The notes beneath the pieces were generated by a model. That model made no database searches. It was not told where the DNA came from and saw nothing but the letters and a program-made list of their open reading frames with translations. A DNA stretch of 64,000 bases from Blepharisma stoltei ATCC 30299 (lineage: Eukaryota > Protista > Ciliophora). The stretch is from positions 372,001 to 436,000 of the forward strand of contig CBFDEM010000041.1 in NCBI GenBank assembly GCA_965603825.1, written 5' to 3'. Position 1 is the first letter of the stretch; every line of letters starts with the position of its first letter. This document shows positions 24,851-35,277 of the stretch, piece by piece. The translations under genes were made by a program, and so were the position numbers.

Positions 24851-24990
24851 AGGTCATTCAGCTCTTGACATCGCCTTAGCACTGGCTATCCCAACATCTT
24901 CAGATGTTGGGTTTAACAACATTTTTGGGTAAAATAACTCCCAAGATGATAAGTCCACTCCTTATAGGAGATTTCTCTCTGGAAAGCTGG
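24851..24990. ncRNA. Candidate structured non-coding RNA (unassigned)
   Basis: G+C-richer island in AT-rich intergenic DNA with four hairpins and complementary ends; I could not match it to any family. Confidence 0.3.
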
Positions 24991-25082
24991 TTAAATGTTT
25001 AAAACTCTCTATATAATGATATTTCACTTTATATCTACCTTTCAAAATATAAATTAGATCATATTAGAGTATTATAAGAAAT

Positions 25083-26204
25083 ATGTCTACGAGTTCAAGA
25101 GTTCAAGCATTTCTTCAAAGAGCTCAAGAACTTAATACTGTCCCTGCTAAACCTCAGCAGCCTCCTCCAAGACAAGTAACATCACCTCCTAGAATGAAAC
25201 CTTCTACTATCTCTCCAATAACAACTCCCAAACCACCCCGTCCTTCTGTATCTCCAATTCACGAATCCAAGCTTTCAGAATCTGACATAAAAGTTCCTGA
25301 ACTTTCTCAAACTCTTCAACCAAAGCCTCAAAAACCTTTAATTTCAACAATAAAGCCTCCTCCTATAAATATTGCCACATCTCCTCGAGGTTTAGCTACA
25401 GCTCGCCCTAGATATTCAACTCCAACTTCAACACTCCGACAAACTCCTCCAAGGAACAGACAAAGATCAGCATCTCCCGCTAGCAGATCTGCCTCTCCAG
25501 TTAATAAAAATCTTGATCCTGAAACTATTAATGAAGTCGAAAAACTAGTTGACTCATTGATTGAATCTAGACGTAAATTTGCTGAGCAGGCTAAAGCTCA
25601 AGAAGAAAACGAGCTAGAACTTATAAGCCAAATAAAAAATTCTCTACAAAAACCTGGAGAAGCTTTAGATCCGATTCAGCAAGCAGAAATGTAATTGAGA
25701 ATTAGGGCATATAAAAAGAAAACAGAAAAGCTATTGAAAGTGGTGAAAGATGAAGCATTAATTATGGATAAGAAATTATTGGTCTTGCAGCAGGAAAATG
25801 AGCAGCTAAAACAGCAACTGGCAGGTAAAGAAGAAAATAAATCGAATTCGAGATCATCAAGCAGGGGAGATGGAAATTTTAGCGGATTAAGCGAAACAGA
25901 AATAATGCAGAAACTAAATGAATTAGTTCCACCTGATAATGAAGGAGATTATACAAATTTTATTGATTCAGAAATTTTATTGCTCTTCCAACTTTGTGAA
26001 ATAAAAAATGATCCAGAAACAAATAAAAAGCTTTGTATAGCACTTTCTAAGAAACTTGTCCATGAGCAACAACAAAGATTCAAAACTGAAGAGCAAGCCC
26101 AAAAAATGATAGCAGAAGATCAGAAACTAATCTCATCATTAGAAGAAAAGTTGAAAATGCTTGAAGGGAAAGGAGGAGCCGATACAATCGAATTGCATTC
26201 TTAA
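25083..26204 (+). CDS. Pro/Ser-rich N-terminus + coiled-coil protein, one intron
   Basis: Two abutting ORFs join when intron 25691-25705 is removed (QQAEM-AYKKKTEK); 369 codons. Confidence 0.85.
25691..25705 (+). other. 15-nt intron GTAATTGAGAATTAG
   Basis: GT..AG, A at position 10, removes an in-frame TAA. Confidence 0.88.
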
Positions 26205-26243
26205 TTTAAAATATTCAATACAATTATCAACTCTGAATTTTAT

Positions 26244-26289
26244 TATATTTTGTCTGAAAATATTTTTATATTTTGTCTGAAAATATTTT
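26244..26289. repeat. Perfect 23-bp tandem duplication TATATTTTGTCTGAAAATATTTT x2
   Basis: Identical copies at 26244-26266 and 26267-26289. Confidence 0.9.
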
Positions 26290-26436
26290 AATATTTTATA
26301 AAATTTTACTGTTTTCTTTATATATTATTATAATACAATAATTTTTATTTATCTGAATTTAGCAGCTTTCATCAATCTATTTTTTTATAAATACTACTGA
26401 ATATCCAAATGGTTGCAATTTTTTAATTCTATTAAA

Positions 26437-26784
26437 ATGCTTTATCGCTATGGTAACATCGAATTTTGGAACCATGCAATTGTTATCCTTCACGAAAAAT
26501 TGCGCTCAGATCCTACACTTCGTCATTATTTTGAACGAAGAACCCCAAGTGAAGTTCAGTCTATTAATTTTGCAATATTAAAAGCAGGGCTGGGCTATGC
26601 TGATGATAATTATGAAGAAGTCTTAAAATATGCTCACCAAGATAGAGGAATCACACAAGATCATATGACAAGGTTTATCACTTATTTAAGGCAAACATTA
26701 TATGAGGTTGGAATTGAGCCAGAAGACATAAACATTATCATTGGAAGAATTTCCGAGTACACTCCATATATAGTAGATGAGTAA
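26437..26784 (+). CDS. Group I truncated (2/2) hemoglobin-like protein
   Basis: LYRYG, SDPTLRHYF (CD1 Phe), KYAHQDRGIT (proximal His F8) and YLRQTLYEVGI match the TrHb1 layout; ATG 26437. Confidence 0.82.
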   Translation: MLYRYGNIEFWNHAIVILHEKLRSDPTLRHYFERRTPSEVQSINFAILKAGLGYADDNYEEVLKYAHQDRGITQDHMTRFITYLRQTLYEVGIEPEDINIIIGRISEYTPYIVDE

Positions 26785-26798
26785 GAAGATTATAAAAT

Positions 26799-27500
26799 TT
26801 AATTAAGGCAGTCTCCTCCATCAAAGTCCAGAACTTCAGTGTTACAAGATTCATCACAAACTCCATTTCCCAATAGTTTTTCGTCACAGCAGTCCCCAAA
26901 ATCGTGGACGCATTCTTCAGTGTCACATTCTTTGTTACAAACTCCATCCCCCAGCAAGCCTTTTTCATAGCAAGGACAATCTTTTGGAGGGTTCTTGAAA
27001 CAGTCTCCTCCATCCCAGTTATTTTCTATGTTATAGCAGTACTCTTCACAACGTCCATCTCCCACTTCAAAGTAAAAGCAACAGTCACCTCCTTCCATGA
27101 GACATTCTATATGGTCGCTGCAATGCCAGTTGCAGAAACCATTACCGATATCATTCCAAGAGCATTTGCACTTGCCTAATGGTTTTTTGCAAGCGCCTTG
27201 GTCCCATTTGAATTTTTCAAGGTAGCAAGCAGCATCACAAAAATCATTATATAGCATCCAATTTTCGCAGCAGTCTCCATGGTCTCAGTTGCAAGCAAAA
27301 TTTACGCATTCCCATTGGCATATTCCGTCGCCTAGCATTGATTCATCACAGTTGCATACGTTATTTTCAGGGCAGCCTTCTGGTGGGCATTCGCCTTCAA
27401 AAAATACTGTTGCTTCCAGGTCTGGTGCAGTGATAAATTGTTGAGGAGTGCTTGATAGGGATAAGGAAATTAACGAGCAGATTAGTAAACTTCGTATCAT
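26799..27500 (-). CDS. Secreted LNR (Lin-12/Notch repeat) cysteine-rich protein
   Basis: Signal peptide MIRSLLICSLISLSLS, then repeated LGDGxCxxxC...WDGGDC units; joined through TGA 27285 (CN-W-DHGDCC). Confidence 0.87.
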
Positions 27501-27733
27501 ATTTTATATTGTCTGTTATAAATATTTTAACGATAATGGAAAAAACGGATACTGTAGAATCATATTCAATTATGGCAGAAAAAATGAAGGATATTAATAA
27601 TCAAGGCAATTTTAGTTATAAACATAAGAAAAAAAGAGATTCTAAAGAAGGGGTCAGTTTAAAAATTAATTTTCTTAAACAAATCAATTTGCCATTTTTA
27701 TTGTTTTTAATCTGAATTAAATTTATATAGCAA

Positions 27734-29467
27734 ATGTCAAATAGCTCTTTTGGAAGCCCATTGAACTTCGAGTCTGACAAAGAGAACTCATTACTAGAAT
27801 ACGGAATTACTGCTTCTGAAAGCTTTATTTCAGACTCATTTACATACTCAAATATCTCAAAGCCTTCAATAAGCGCCATTTCACAAGCTCCTGCTTGTTT
27901 AAATCCATACAAAGTCAAAATCCAAGAGCTTATTACCGAAATCAATACGCATATTCAGAAAATAGAAGAGAAACTAGAGAAAGGAAGTGATAATAATCCA
28001 GAGTATGAGCTTATTTTAAAGGAGTTGAATACTCAAAAAGATTCTTTAGTTCAAAAATGTGAATCAAATTCAGTTACCAATACATTTATTATGGTCGCTG
28101 AAAATAAGCAAAAAACACTATTAAGTGAAGCCAAAACTTTATTATCAGCTCAGTCTCGACCACCTCTTTCAGTCCCACCTTTGAAATTAAAAGATGCTCC
28201 ATTTGAAACTCAAAAATCACAGCCACTCTCTTCAAAAACTTTACCAAGAGGCAAATTTTCTTCAGAAGATGAAGAAATTGCTTCAAAAATCAATCAAATT
28301 TTTAGCCTGTGCTTAAATTCTGAAAATTTTGATGAGATTGTTAAGATTTTATCATTAGATAATTTTGGATTTAATTTTCCTAAAGTGAGAAATGCATTAT
28401 CGAACATGTATTTCAGCTTAAAAGACGTGCTTGATCAAATGTCTACAAGAGATGTAGACCAATTAAAAGCAGAAATCACCAAACTAAAGATAGAAAATTT
28501 AGCTTTTAAAAAAGATGCAGAAAATACCATAGAAAATGCTTTGGCCCTACAAGATTTGCACTATGAAATTAAATCTAAAAGGAAAACCCATGGAAATGAC
28601 AAAAGAAATGAGGAAAGAAAAGAATTGAAAGAGAAGCTATTTGAAGAATTTAGGAAACTGTTCAAAAAGCAAAATGAGCTGCACAAAGCTCAAGTGATTT
28701 TGCTCGAAAATGAATTGCAAAAACTCCAAAACACTATAAAAGAGCTGGCAGATCAGCAGGAGAATCAAGAATTTGCTAGTAAATATATCCTTGACCAGGA
28801 TTCAAGAGGAAGAAAAATTTTAAAACTTGAAGCAGAAAATAGCAAGTTGACTGAAGAGCTAAAAAAGTATAGAGACAAACAAAGGAGTTTTAAGACAAAA
28901 ATAAGGGAGCAAAAATCGAAAATAAATGAGGAAGGGATTTTTGAAGAAAAATCACTTCCGAATACCCTTTCGCTTGTAAGGCTTGAAATCACAAAGCTCA
29001 CAAAAACTATCGAGAGAGCAATACCGAGTTCTAAAGATATAACTTTCCTTGAGCAGATTTTATCTTCTCTGCATGCAATTATATTAGAACTATTAGGCCA
29101 AAATTCAGTTTTGAGCAATGACTCGATTTGCAAAAGCTATTTATCTTTAGAATGCCAAACCAAAAGATCAATGACTCCTAATATTACAAAAAGATCATCT
29201 CCATGCGTATCCCAAAGAACTTTAGCCCATGATCTGACCCAAAGATCAACTGATAGTGGAAGAAAAGACCAATTAATAAAGCCAGAGACCATTACATTTT
29301 CCAATGAAATCAATATGAAAAACCTTATTGATGGGAGCTGCGAAATTCCTGGAGCCCAAGCCATGATGGTTAAAAAAGATGGAAGATGAGCTATCGTTAG
29401 CAGTCCTAATGATTCTCCTAAGAAAACAGCTACAGAAATGCTTGAAGAATATTTGATATCCCAGTAA
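27734..29467 (+). CDS. Coiled-coil hypothetical protein
   Basis: 551-aa ORF extends via TGA 29387 (KDGR-W-AIVSSP) to TAA 29465-29467. Confidence 0.78.
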
Positions 29468-29523
29468 TAGATATTGTAATAAAATTTATAAGTAAAAAAC
29501 CTAATTATATCTAATATATAAAG

Positions 29524-32199
29524 ATGGAAGCTGACTCAATGAAATTCCATGCAGCACTTATAGATATGTGCATTTTAGCTTCAAAAGATAAAAATCTACA
29601 CTTTTCAGAAATGAGCCAGAAGTATAAAGAAGAAAGAGGCCATGATTTCACTAGATTTCTACTAATTGAAAACAAAGGCTCAATATACGTTCTCGCTGAT
29701 CATGAGAGAAGAGAATTATATTATGTGGTAATTGGCTCGATATTCGTTGAAGGACTGCAGCTTTATATAAAAAAAGTGTCGATTGATACTTTTAGTGCTT
29801 TAGAAGTGCTTGAAAAACGGAAAAAAGAGTTTAAAAATTATGATATAACTGGGGTTGGATACTCATCTGGAGCATGCATTGTTGGAGCTCTTGCAGATAT
29901 TATAAAACAAATGAGAGCAATTTGCTTCAATCCTTTAGGCTTAGGTGAAATTGCATTAAGGAATATAAACTCATTAAAAAAATTTGGCCTTACTCCAGAT
30001 CCGATTGATATAGAAGTATACAAAATTGAGGGAGACTCCCTATCAAAATACTACATTTCCCCAGGAGACTCTAACAGAGTGCATTTTCTGCCAAACCGAC
30101 CCGGCTTGCACCCTCACTCTATTCTAAATTTTCTGAACTACCAAATTCCAGAAATCCATATATCGACTTCAAAGTACTTTCCAACTATCAAAAAGATTTC
30201 TTTTGACCCAAAATCTGGGTTTCTGCTCATTGAGACAGAAAAATCTGATGAAAATTTGTATATAGAAGGAGACTTGGCGACGATATTTTATATGGCATAT
30301 GAGTATCCAAAACGATTTAGCTTTACCTTGGTCCCAAGTGACCCAAAAGCACCTCAAGGGCCATATCAAAGGAAATTCTATGATCCTCCTGAGCTGGAGG
30401 ATACAACTGTTGGGAGTGCATTGTTTGAGGCAGACTGAAAGCTGAAACAACTAGACCAAGGACTGTGGTTTGATGACACAACCCAGCAAAGATCCCCTAT
30501 ATCTCTTGATATTCCCTGGTTCAAGAGCGGTTATGATTATTATGCATCAGAGCCTGACCATAAAGGCTTCATAAGACTGTGGTTTGTGAACGACAAAGTA
30601 GATTTTGATTATTTTAATGCTGAAGATGGAATTGTAATTGATCCAAAAGACTTCAAAATACGTGTCGAAGCAATGAAGCTTCAGATGAATGTGAACTCTG
30701 AGTTTGGCTTAGAAGACACAAATGAGGAAACTATCACGAAAGAATTTGCAGCCTATGTAACTGATCATTTTGATGAATTAGCATCATTAATACCAGAATT
30801 TCACAGGCTTAAACAAATATCATTATTATCAGCAGCTGCTGAGTGGTTTCGAGATGTCCTTAAAGTCCCTAAAGATATGATTGACACACAAAGCTTGAAA
30901 CTGAGAATGCCCAAAGTTGAGGATTTTTACCCTAAAGGCCAAGTTCCAAGAATCCAAAGAAAAGAGCAAAGAATTGAAGGAGACTATGCAATGACTCTTA
31001 TAATTACTGGAGGAATAAATTTGATATCCCAGAATACCGAGTACCATTACGAAGCACATCTCCAAGAAATTTTGACAAGAGATATAGAGGTCCTTTCTCC
31101 ATTTCATATAACTCACTATGACTATGTAAATGATTTATTAGAGTATGATGAGAGCACTGAGGATGAATTTAATGAAAACGAGCCTGTAATGTGCTTAGTG
31201 CAGCTGATGCAGCCTCATAATTGTTCTTATGAAGGCTGCAACTCAATCGTTGAGTTCGATTCTAAAACAATAGAGACAACATCAGATTCCAACGCAGTTT
31301 ATAATGAAATCAATAAATATACATATTTAGGAAAACTTTATTGTCTCGAGCATCATCCATTCAGATGCGGCAGTGAAAATTGTCAGCTTGGAAAAGTTGT
31401 TATATCAGGCCAACCTTACTTTGAAGCACAAGGGAAAACATTCCATTCAGAATGCTTAATTTGTTACGCATGCAAAAAGCCAATTAATACTAGTATTGTG
31501 TTAAAAGAAAGAGGATTTTTGCATCCGCAGTGCGTAGCTTTGGATATTCAAATGGGCCAAGAGCAAAAGAGCGAAGAAGTAAAAAAAAATGATGAAAATT
31601 TTGAAATTAGAAGAAAAAAACCAATTAAAACTAAGGAAAATACAAAATGTAAAGGAGCTTCTGATAGGGTCATGAAGATGGCTGAAGAAGAAAAGGCTCC
31701 TGAAAAGCAAAAGGCTGGCGTCTTAAATGCAGGAAATGCGAGAGTTGATGATGGTTTTGTAATAAATCGAAAAATTCCACTACCAACCACTCCAAAAGCA
31801 AAAACTAATCAGCCAAAATTAATTGGAAGTAGTCCTTTGGAAAAAGAACAATCAAAAAAAGCAATTGAAGGATTAAAGGGTAATTCTTCTAAAATTCAGC
31901 CTGCAAAAAAGCCTGCTGAAGAATTAAAAAACAGAGAACCTGTAAAAAAATCATCTGAAGAGTTAAAGAACAATTCACCAAAAAAGGAGCCAGCAATTAA
32001 ATCAGTAGAAGAAAAGAAGTCTCCTGCTCAACAAAATATTTCTAATAAAAAATTGCAAGAAGACTTCATCGTTAAAAAGAAAGCATCAGCAACTCCTATA
32101 GCGAAAACTACAAAAGGCTCCAGCTTTGCAGAAACATCATCAAAATCAAATGCTGCAAATACTCCAAAATCAAAGCCAAGCCAAAACGTAAGAAAATAA
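29524..32199 (+). CDS. Multidomain protein: lipase-like hydrolase + DUF1598-like + LIM + Lys-rich tail
   Basis: Single frame via TGA 30436. Hydrolase motifs GYSSG/FNPLG/GDSLS/HSI; DUF1598-like motifs LFEAD-W-KLKQ, FAAYVTDHFDELASLIPEFHRLKQ, GGINL; LIM motif TFHSECLICYACKKPI. Confidence 0.8.
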
Positions 32200-32342
32200 T
32201 AAATAAATTATCAGGATTTATATTAATTTTTAAGATAGTTTTACTACCTACGATTATCAGTAAGCTATGCACTAATTATTTGATTAATATATTATAGTAT
32301 CATTAATGTCATTAAAATATCAGTATTAATTCAATAAAATTA

Positions 32343-33101
32343 ATGTTTCCCGCTTTTATCCCATCTAATCCTTCAGAAGTTTCATTGCATTGTTTTTCAA
32401 GTATAATGAAAGCCAAAGCAATCAAACTTTATGATAATGGTTTGATTGCAAATGGAGACAAAGGCTATCGTTCTGTATTAGGTACACAAGGTGTGACTGA
32501 AGGAAGCTATTATTATGAAGTAACTATTCTTAACCCTTCCAGCGAATCTCTCAATATTCCTTCAAACCCAATTCCTCCTTCAGCTCCAATGCTGGAGCCT
32601 TTATTGACAACTTCAAATATGCTGTATTTAGAAACACATGACACAATCTCTATACATTTTAACTCAGCTCATACAAGGATAGGCTTTGCAACAGCTCAAA
32701 CTGATTTAGAGTTGCCAATAGGAGCTGACAGCTACAGTTACTCATATAGAGACCTTGATGGAGGAGTATTTCATGAAGGCTATATAAATGAGTACGCTGA
32801 TTCATATGGATACAATGACATAATAGGATGCCTAATTAGACTTCAACCTCAAAAGCCTAAAATAAGAGGAGTTATTGAGGAAGGGCCTGTAGTTAGCGAA
32901 GGGAGCGAAATTCATTATTTTAAGAATGGAGAACATATGGGATGCGCATTTTCCAATATTTATGAAGGATGCTATTATCCAGCTGTAGGATTATACCAAT
33001 ATGCAAGAGTCGAAATAAACATGACTCCAAATCTTTTATACCCTAAAATACTAAAGCAGTACAATGCAAAACCATTTTTTAATAATCATAAATACTTTTA
33101 A
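32343..33101 (+). CDS. ASH2L: ASH2L/Bre2-like SPRY protein (COMPASS subunit)
   Basis: KGYRSV..TQGVTEGSYYYEV, HTRIGFA, PIGADSYSYSYRD, GSEIHYFKNG, GCYYPAVGLY. Confidence 0.82.
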   Translation: MFPAFIPSNPSEVSLHCFSSIMKAKAIKLYDNGLIANGDKGYRSVLGTQGVTEGSYYYEVTILNPSSESLNIPSNPIPPSAPMLEPLLTTSNMLYLETHDTISIHFNSAHTRIGFATAQTDLELPIGADSYSYSYRDLDGGVFHEGYINEYADSYGYNDIIGCLIRLQPQKPKIRGVIEEGPVVSEGSEIHYFKNGEHMGCAFSNIYEGCYYPAVGLYQYARVEINMTPNLLYPKILKQYNAKPFFNNHKYF

Positions 33102-33109
33102 CGTAATAA

Positions 33110-34312
33110 ATGTGTGAAAACGGAAGCTTTAACAGACAGACTTTTGGGCAATTTCAGCTAGAAAAAGATTCCATGATGAGGATTAATCAGTATTATATTG
33201 CACAAGTAAGCCAAATGGAAATAAAAATTAGTGAGCTAAAGGCACATTTGCAAGCAAAAGATTCAGAAATAAAATATTTAAGTGAAAAAGTTCAAGAATA
33301 TGAAAATAATAAACAGGAAAAAAATAAAACCACAGTAGGCGAAGCTTCAATAGATTATGAAGAACAACTTTTAACAATTTCTGAAGAAAATGCAAGCTTG
33401 AGAAACACTTTGATTTATTCTGAAGATGTTTTGAGCTTGAAAATCCAATTAGATCATGCTTTAAGGATGAAAGATGCATTTGAAGAAAAATATAGAGATT
33501 TATTGGAAAAAAGTTTATCAAATAAAATAGACTCTAAATTCGATCAAGAAAATGAAGGCTTGAAAGCTGAAATTATAAGCTTAACAAATGAAAATTCGCA
33601 GATTTTAATAAACCTTGAGCATGAGAAAAAAAATAATTTGGAGAGGTCTATTGAAATTGCTGATCTTAAAGAAAAGCTAAGCTCAAAAAGCGAATATATA
33701 AAACAATTGGAAATGAAGATTGAAACCTCAGATAAAAGTACAGTGTTAGAGCTTAAATTTTCAGATGAAAATTATGATGATAAAGCGTCTGCAGTCTCAC
33801 AGCTTATATCATCGCCTCGGCGAGAACAAAAAATCTTGCCAGTATCCCCTACAAATCAGCCTAAGTTACTGTTCTTTGAAGAATTAGACAAATCAATCCA
33901 AGCTATTCCAAGCTGCCAGTCGACCAAAAATTCCTTTATTTCTACTAATTTGAGACTATCTGAGTGTATGAATACATCATTTACATCAAATGAAAATAAG
34001 CTGACATTTTTATTAGAGAAAAGCACTCAAAGATCAAGAAGCATCCAACCAGTCCCAAAGCTTAATGTTTCAACTGAAAGAATTCATTCAATTTTAAGTC
34101 CTAAAAACTCAATGGAATCTACAACAAAAAGATTGCGCAAGACAAATGAAAAAATAGTTATCACAGCTCCACCAGTGGCTGAGTTTTGCCCTAACTTTTT
34201 AAGAAACAAAAAGCTAGATAAAAGTGGAAAAAAAGAAAATACCCCTCTAAGGCAAAAGGATTTATCCAAAAGCTTTATTTCCAAATCTCCATTCTTAGAA
34301 AATATGATGTAA
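33110..34312 (+). CDS. Coiled-coil protein
   Basis: 400-aa ORF with a heptad-rich N-half and Ser/Lys-rich C-half; start codon uncertain. Confidence 0.75.
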   Translation: MCENGSFNRQTFGQFQLEKDSMMRINQYYIAQVSQMEIKISELKAHLQAKDSEIKYLSEKVQEYENNKQEKNKTTVGEASIDYEEQLLTISEENASLRNTLIYSEDVLSLKIQLDHALRMKDAFEEKYRDLLEKSLSNKIDSKFDQENEGLKAEIISLTNENSQILINLEHEKKNNLERSIEIADLKEKLSSKSEYIKQLEMKIETSDKSTVLELKFSDENYDDKASAVSQLISSPRREQKILPVSPTNQPKLLFFEELDKSIQAIPSCQSTKNSFISTNLRLSECMNTSFTSNENKLTFLLEKSTQRSRSIQPVPKLNVSTERIHSILSPKNSMESTTKRLRKTNEKIVITAPPVAEFCPNFLRNKKLDKSGKKENTPLRQKDLSKSFISKSPFLENMM

Positions 34313-34392
34313 ATTAATTTAATTACTTGAGGCCATATAATTTTTTTTATTAAAATGGCTTGGATTTATTTGTACTGAGCATTCTCTCACTT

Positions 34393-35056
34393 CTATAGGG
34401 CAACTTCCCTTTTAATTTTCCCGATATAAAGCTTTCTTGGCTTTAACTGCCTCACTCATCATTTCATTCCATTGCGAAATTAATCTTACAGCCCTTATGA
34501 AAAAAAAGTAAACATTGCTCTTGGTATTCCAATAGCTCCTAATATCGCACATACAAAAAGCTTTCGACAAGTTATACTTCCTCTGTAGATAAATTATAGG
34601 AAGTTCGTAAATAGTGCAATAAGCTACTGTCGCAATTATCGGAAATTTTGTAATTACTTTTATAGCAGCTGCTTCTCTTTGACTAGGATTGTTAATATAA
34701 ACTATTTTGCACAAAAGCTGTATAGGCCCAATAACACCTACCATTATAGCCATATGATGGAAAACTACTGTAAAAAATCAATTAATTTCTGGTGAATTGG
34801 CTTTCAACTGGATTTGCTGCTCAAAAGAAGCAATTCCTGGCTATTTGGAAGGTTTCCATATAGCAAAAGATAAGCAGACTTCTAAATAGGAGCAATTTTT
34901 TGCATCATATCCTCTGCATCATAAAAGATCTTGCTCTCCGTCAGCATAGGTAAAATTAGAAAGAACCTAGTGGTAGATGTAAGGTCAGGGTCAAATATCA
35001 AGCAGCCAGTTTGGGAATAGACATTTTTTATGTCAATAACTGGAGGCCCAGCTTTT
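34393..35056 (-). pseudogene. Degenerate GltA-type citrate synthase pseudogene
   Basis: Colinear fragments in shifting frames: GPPVIDIKNVYSQTGCLIFDPDLTST, TYADGEQDLL.CRGY, YLEVC/YLLLYGNLP, HMAIMVGVIG, KVITKFPIIATVAY, then directly AIGIPRAMFT, ISQWNEMM and KPRKLYIG. Confidence 0.8.
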
Positions 35057-35277
35057 CATTATGCTATAGGAAATTTATAGATATATAAAAAGAATGGAAA
35101 CTAAATTTAATTAATAGATCATCCTGATTATTTAGCTTAATTAGCAATCAGTATATGCAGTTGTCTAAAATTATTTTCTCAGTTAGAAATATTTCTATAA
35201 GAACTATTCAATCAATCGAGCATTTAAATTTCAAAATCTTCTAAAAATACTAGTTAATATGGGATCAATTGTAATTA

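Noticed and set aside
24851-24990. Assignment of the structured island as U2 snRNA or telomerase RNA
   Set aside because: It lacks the GTAGTA branch-pairing motif and a CCCTAACA-type template; kept only as an unassigned candidate.
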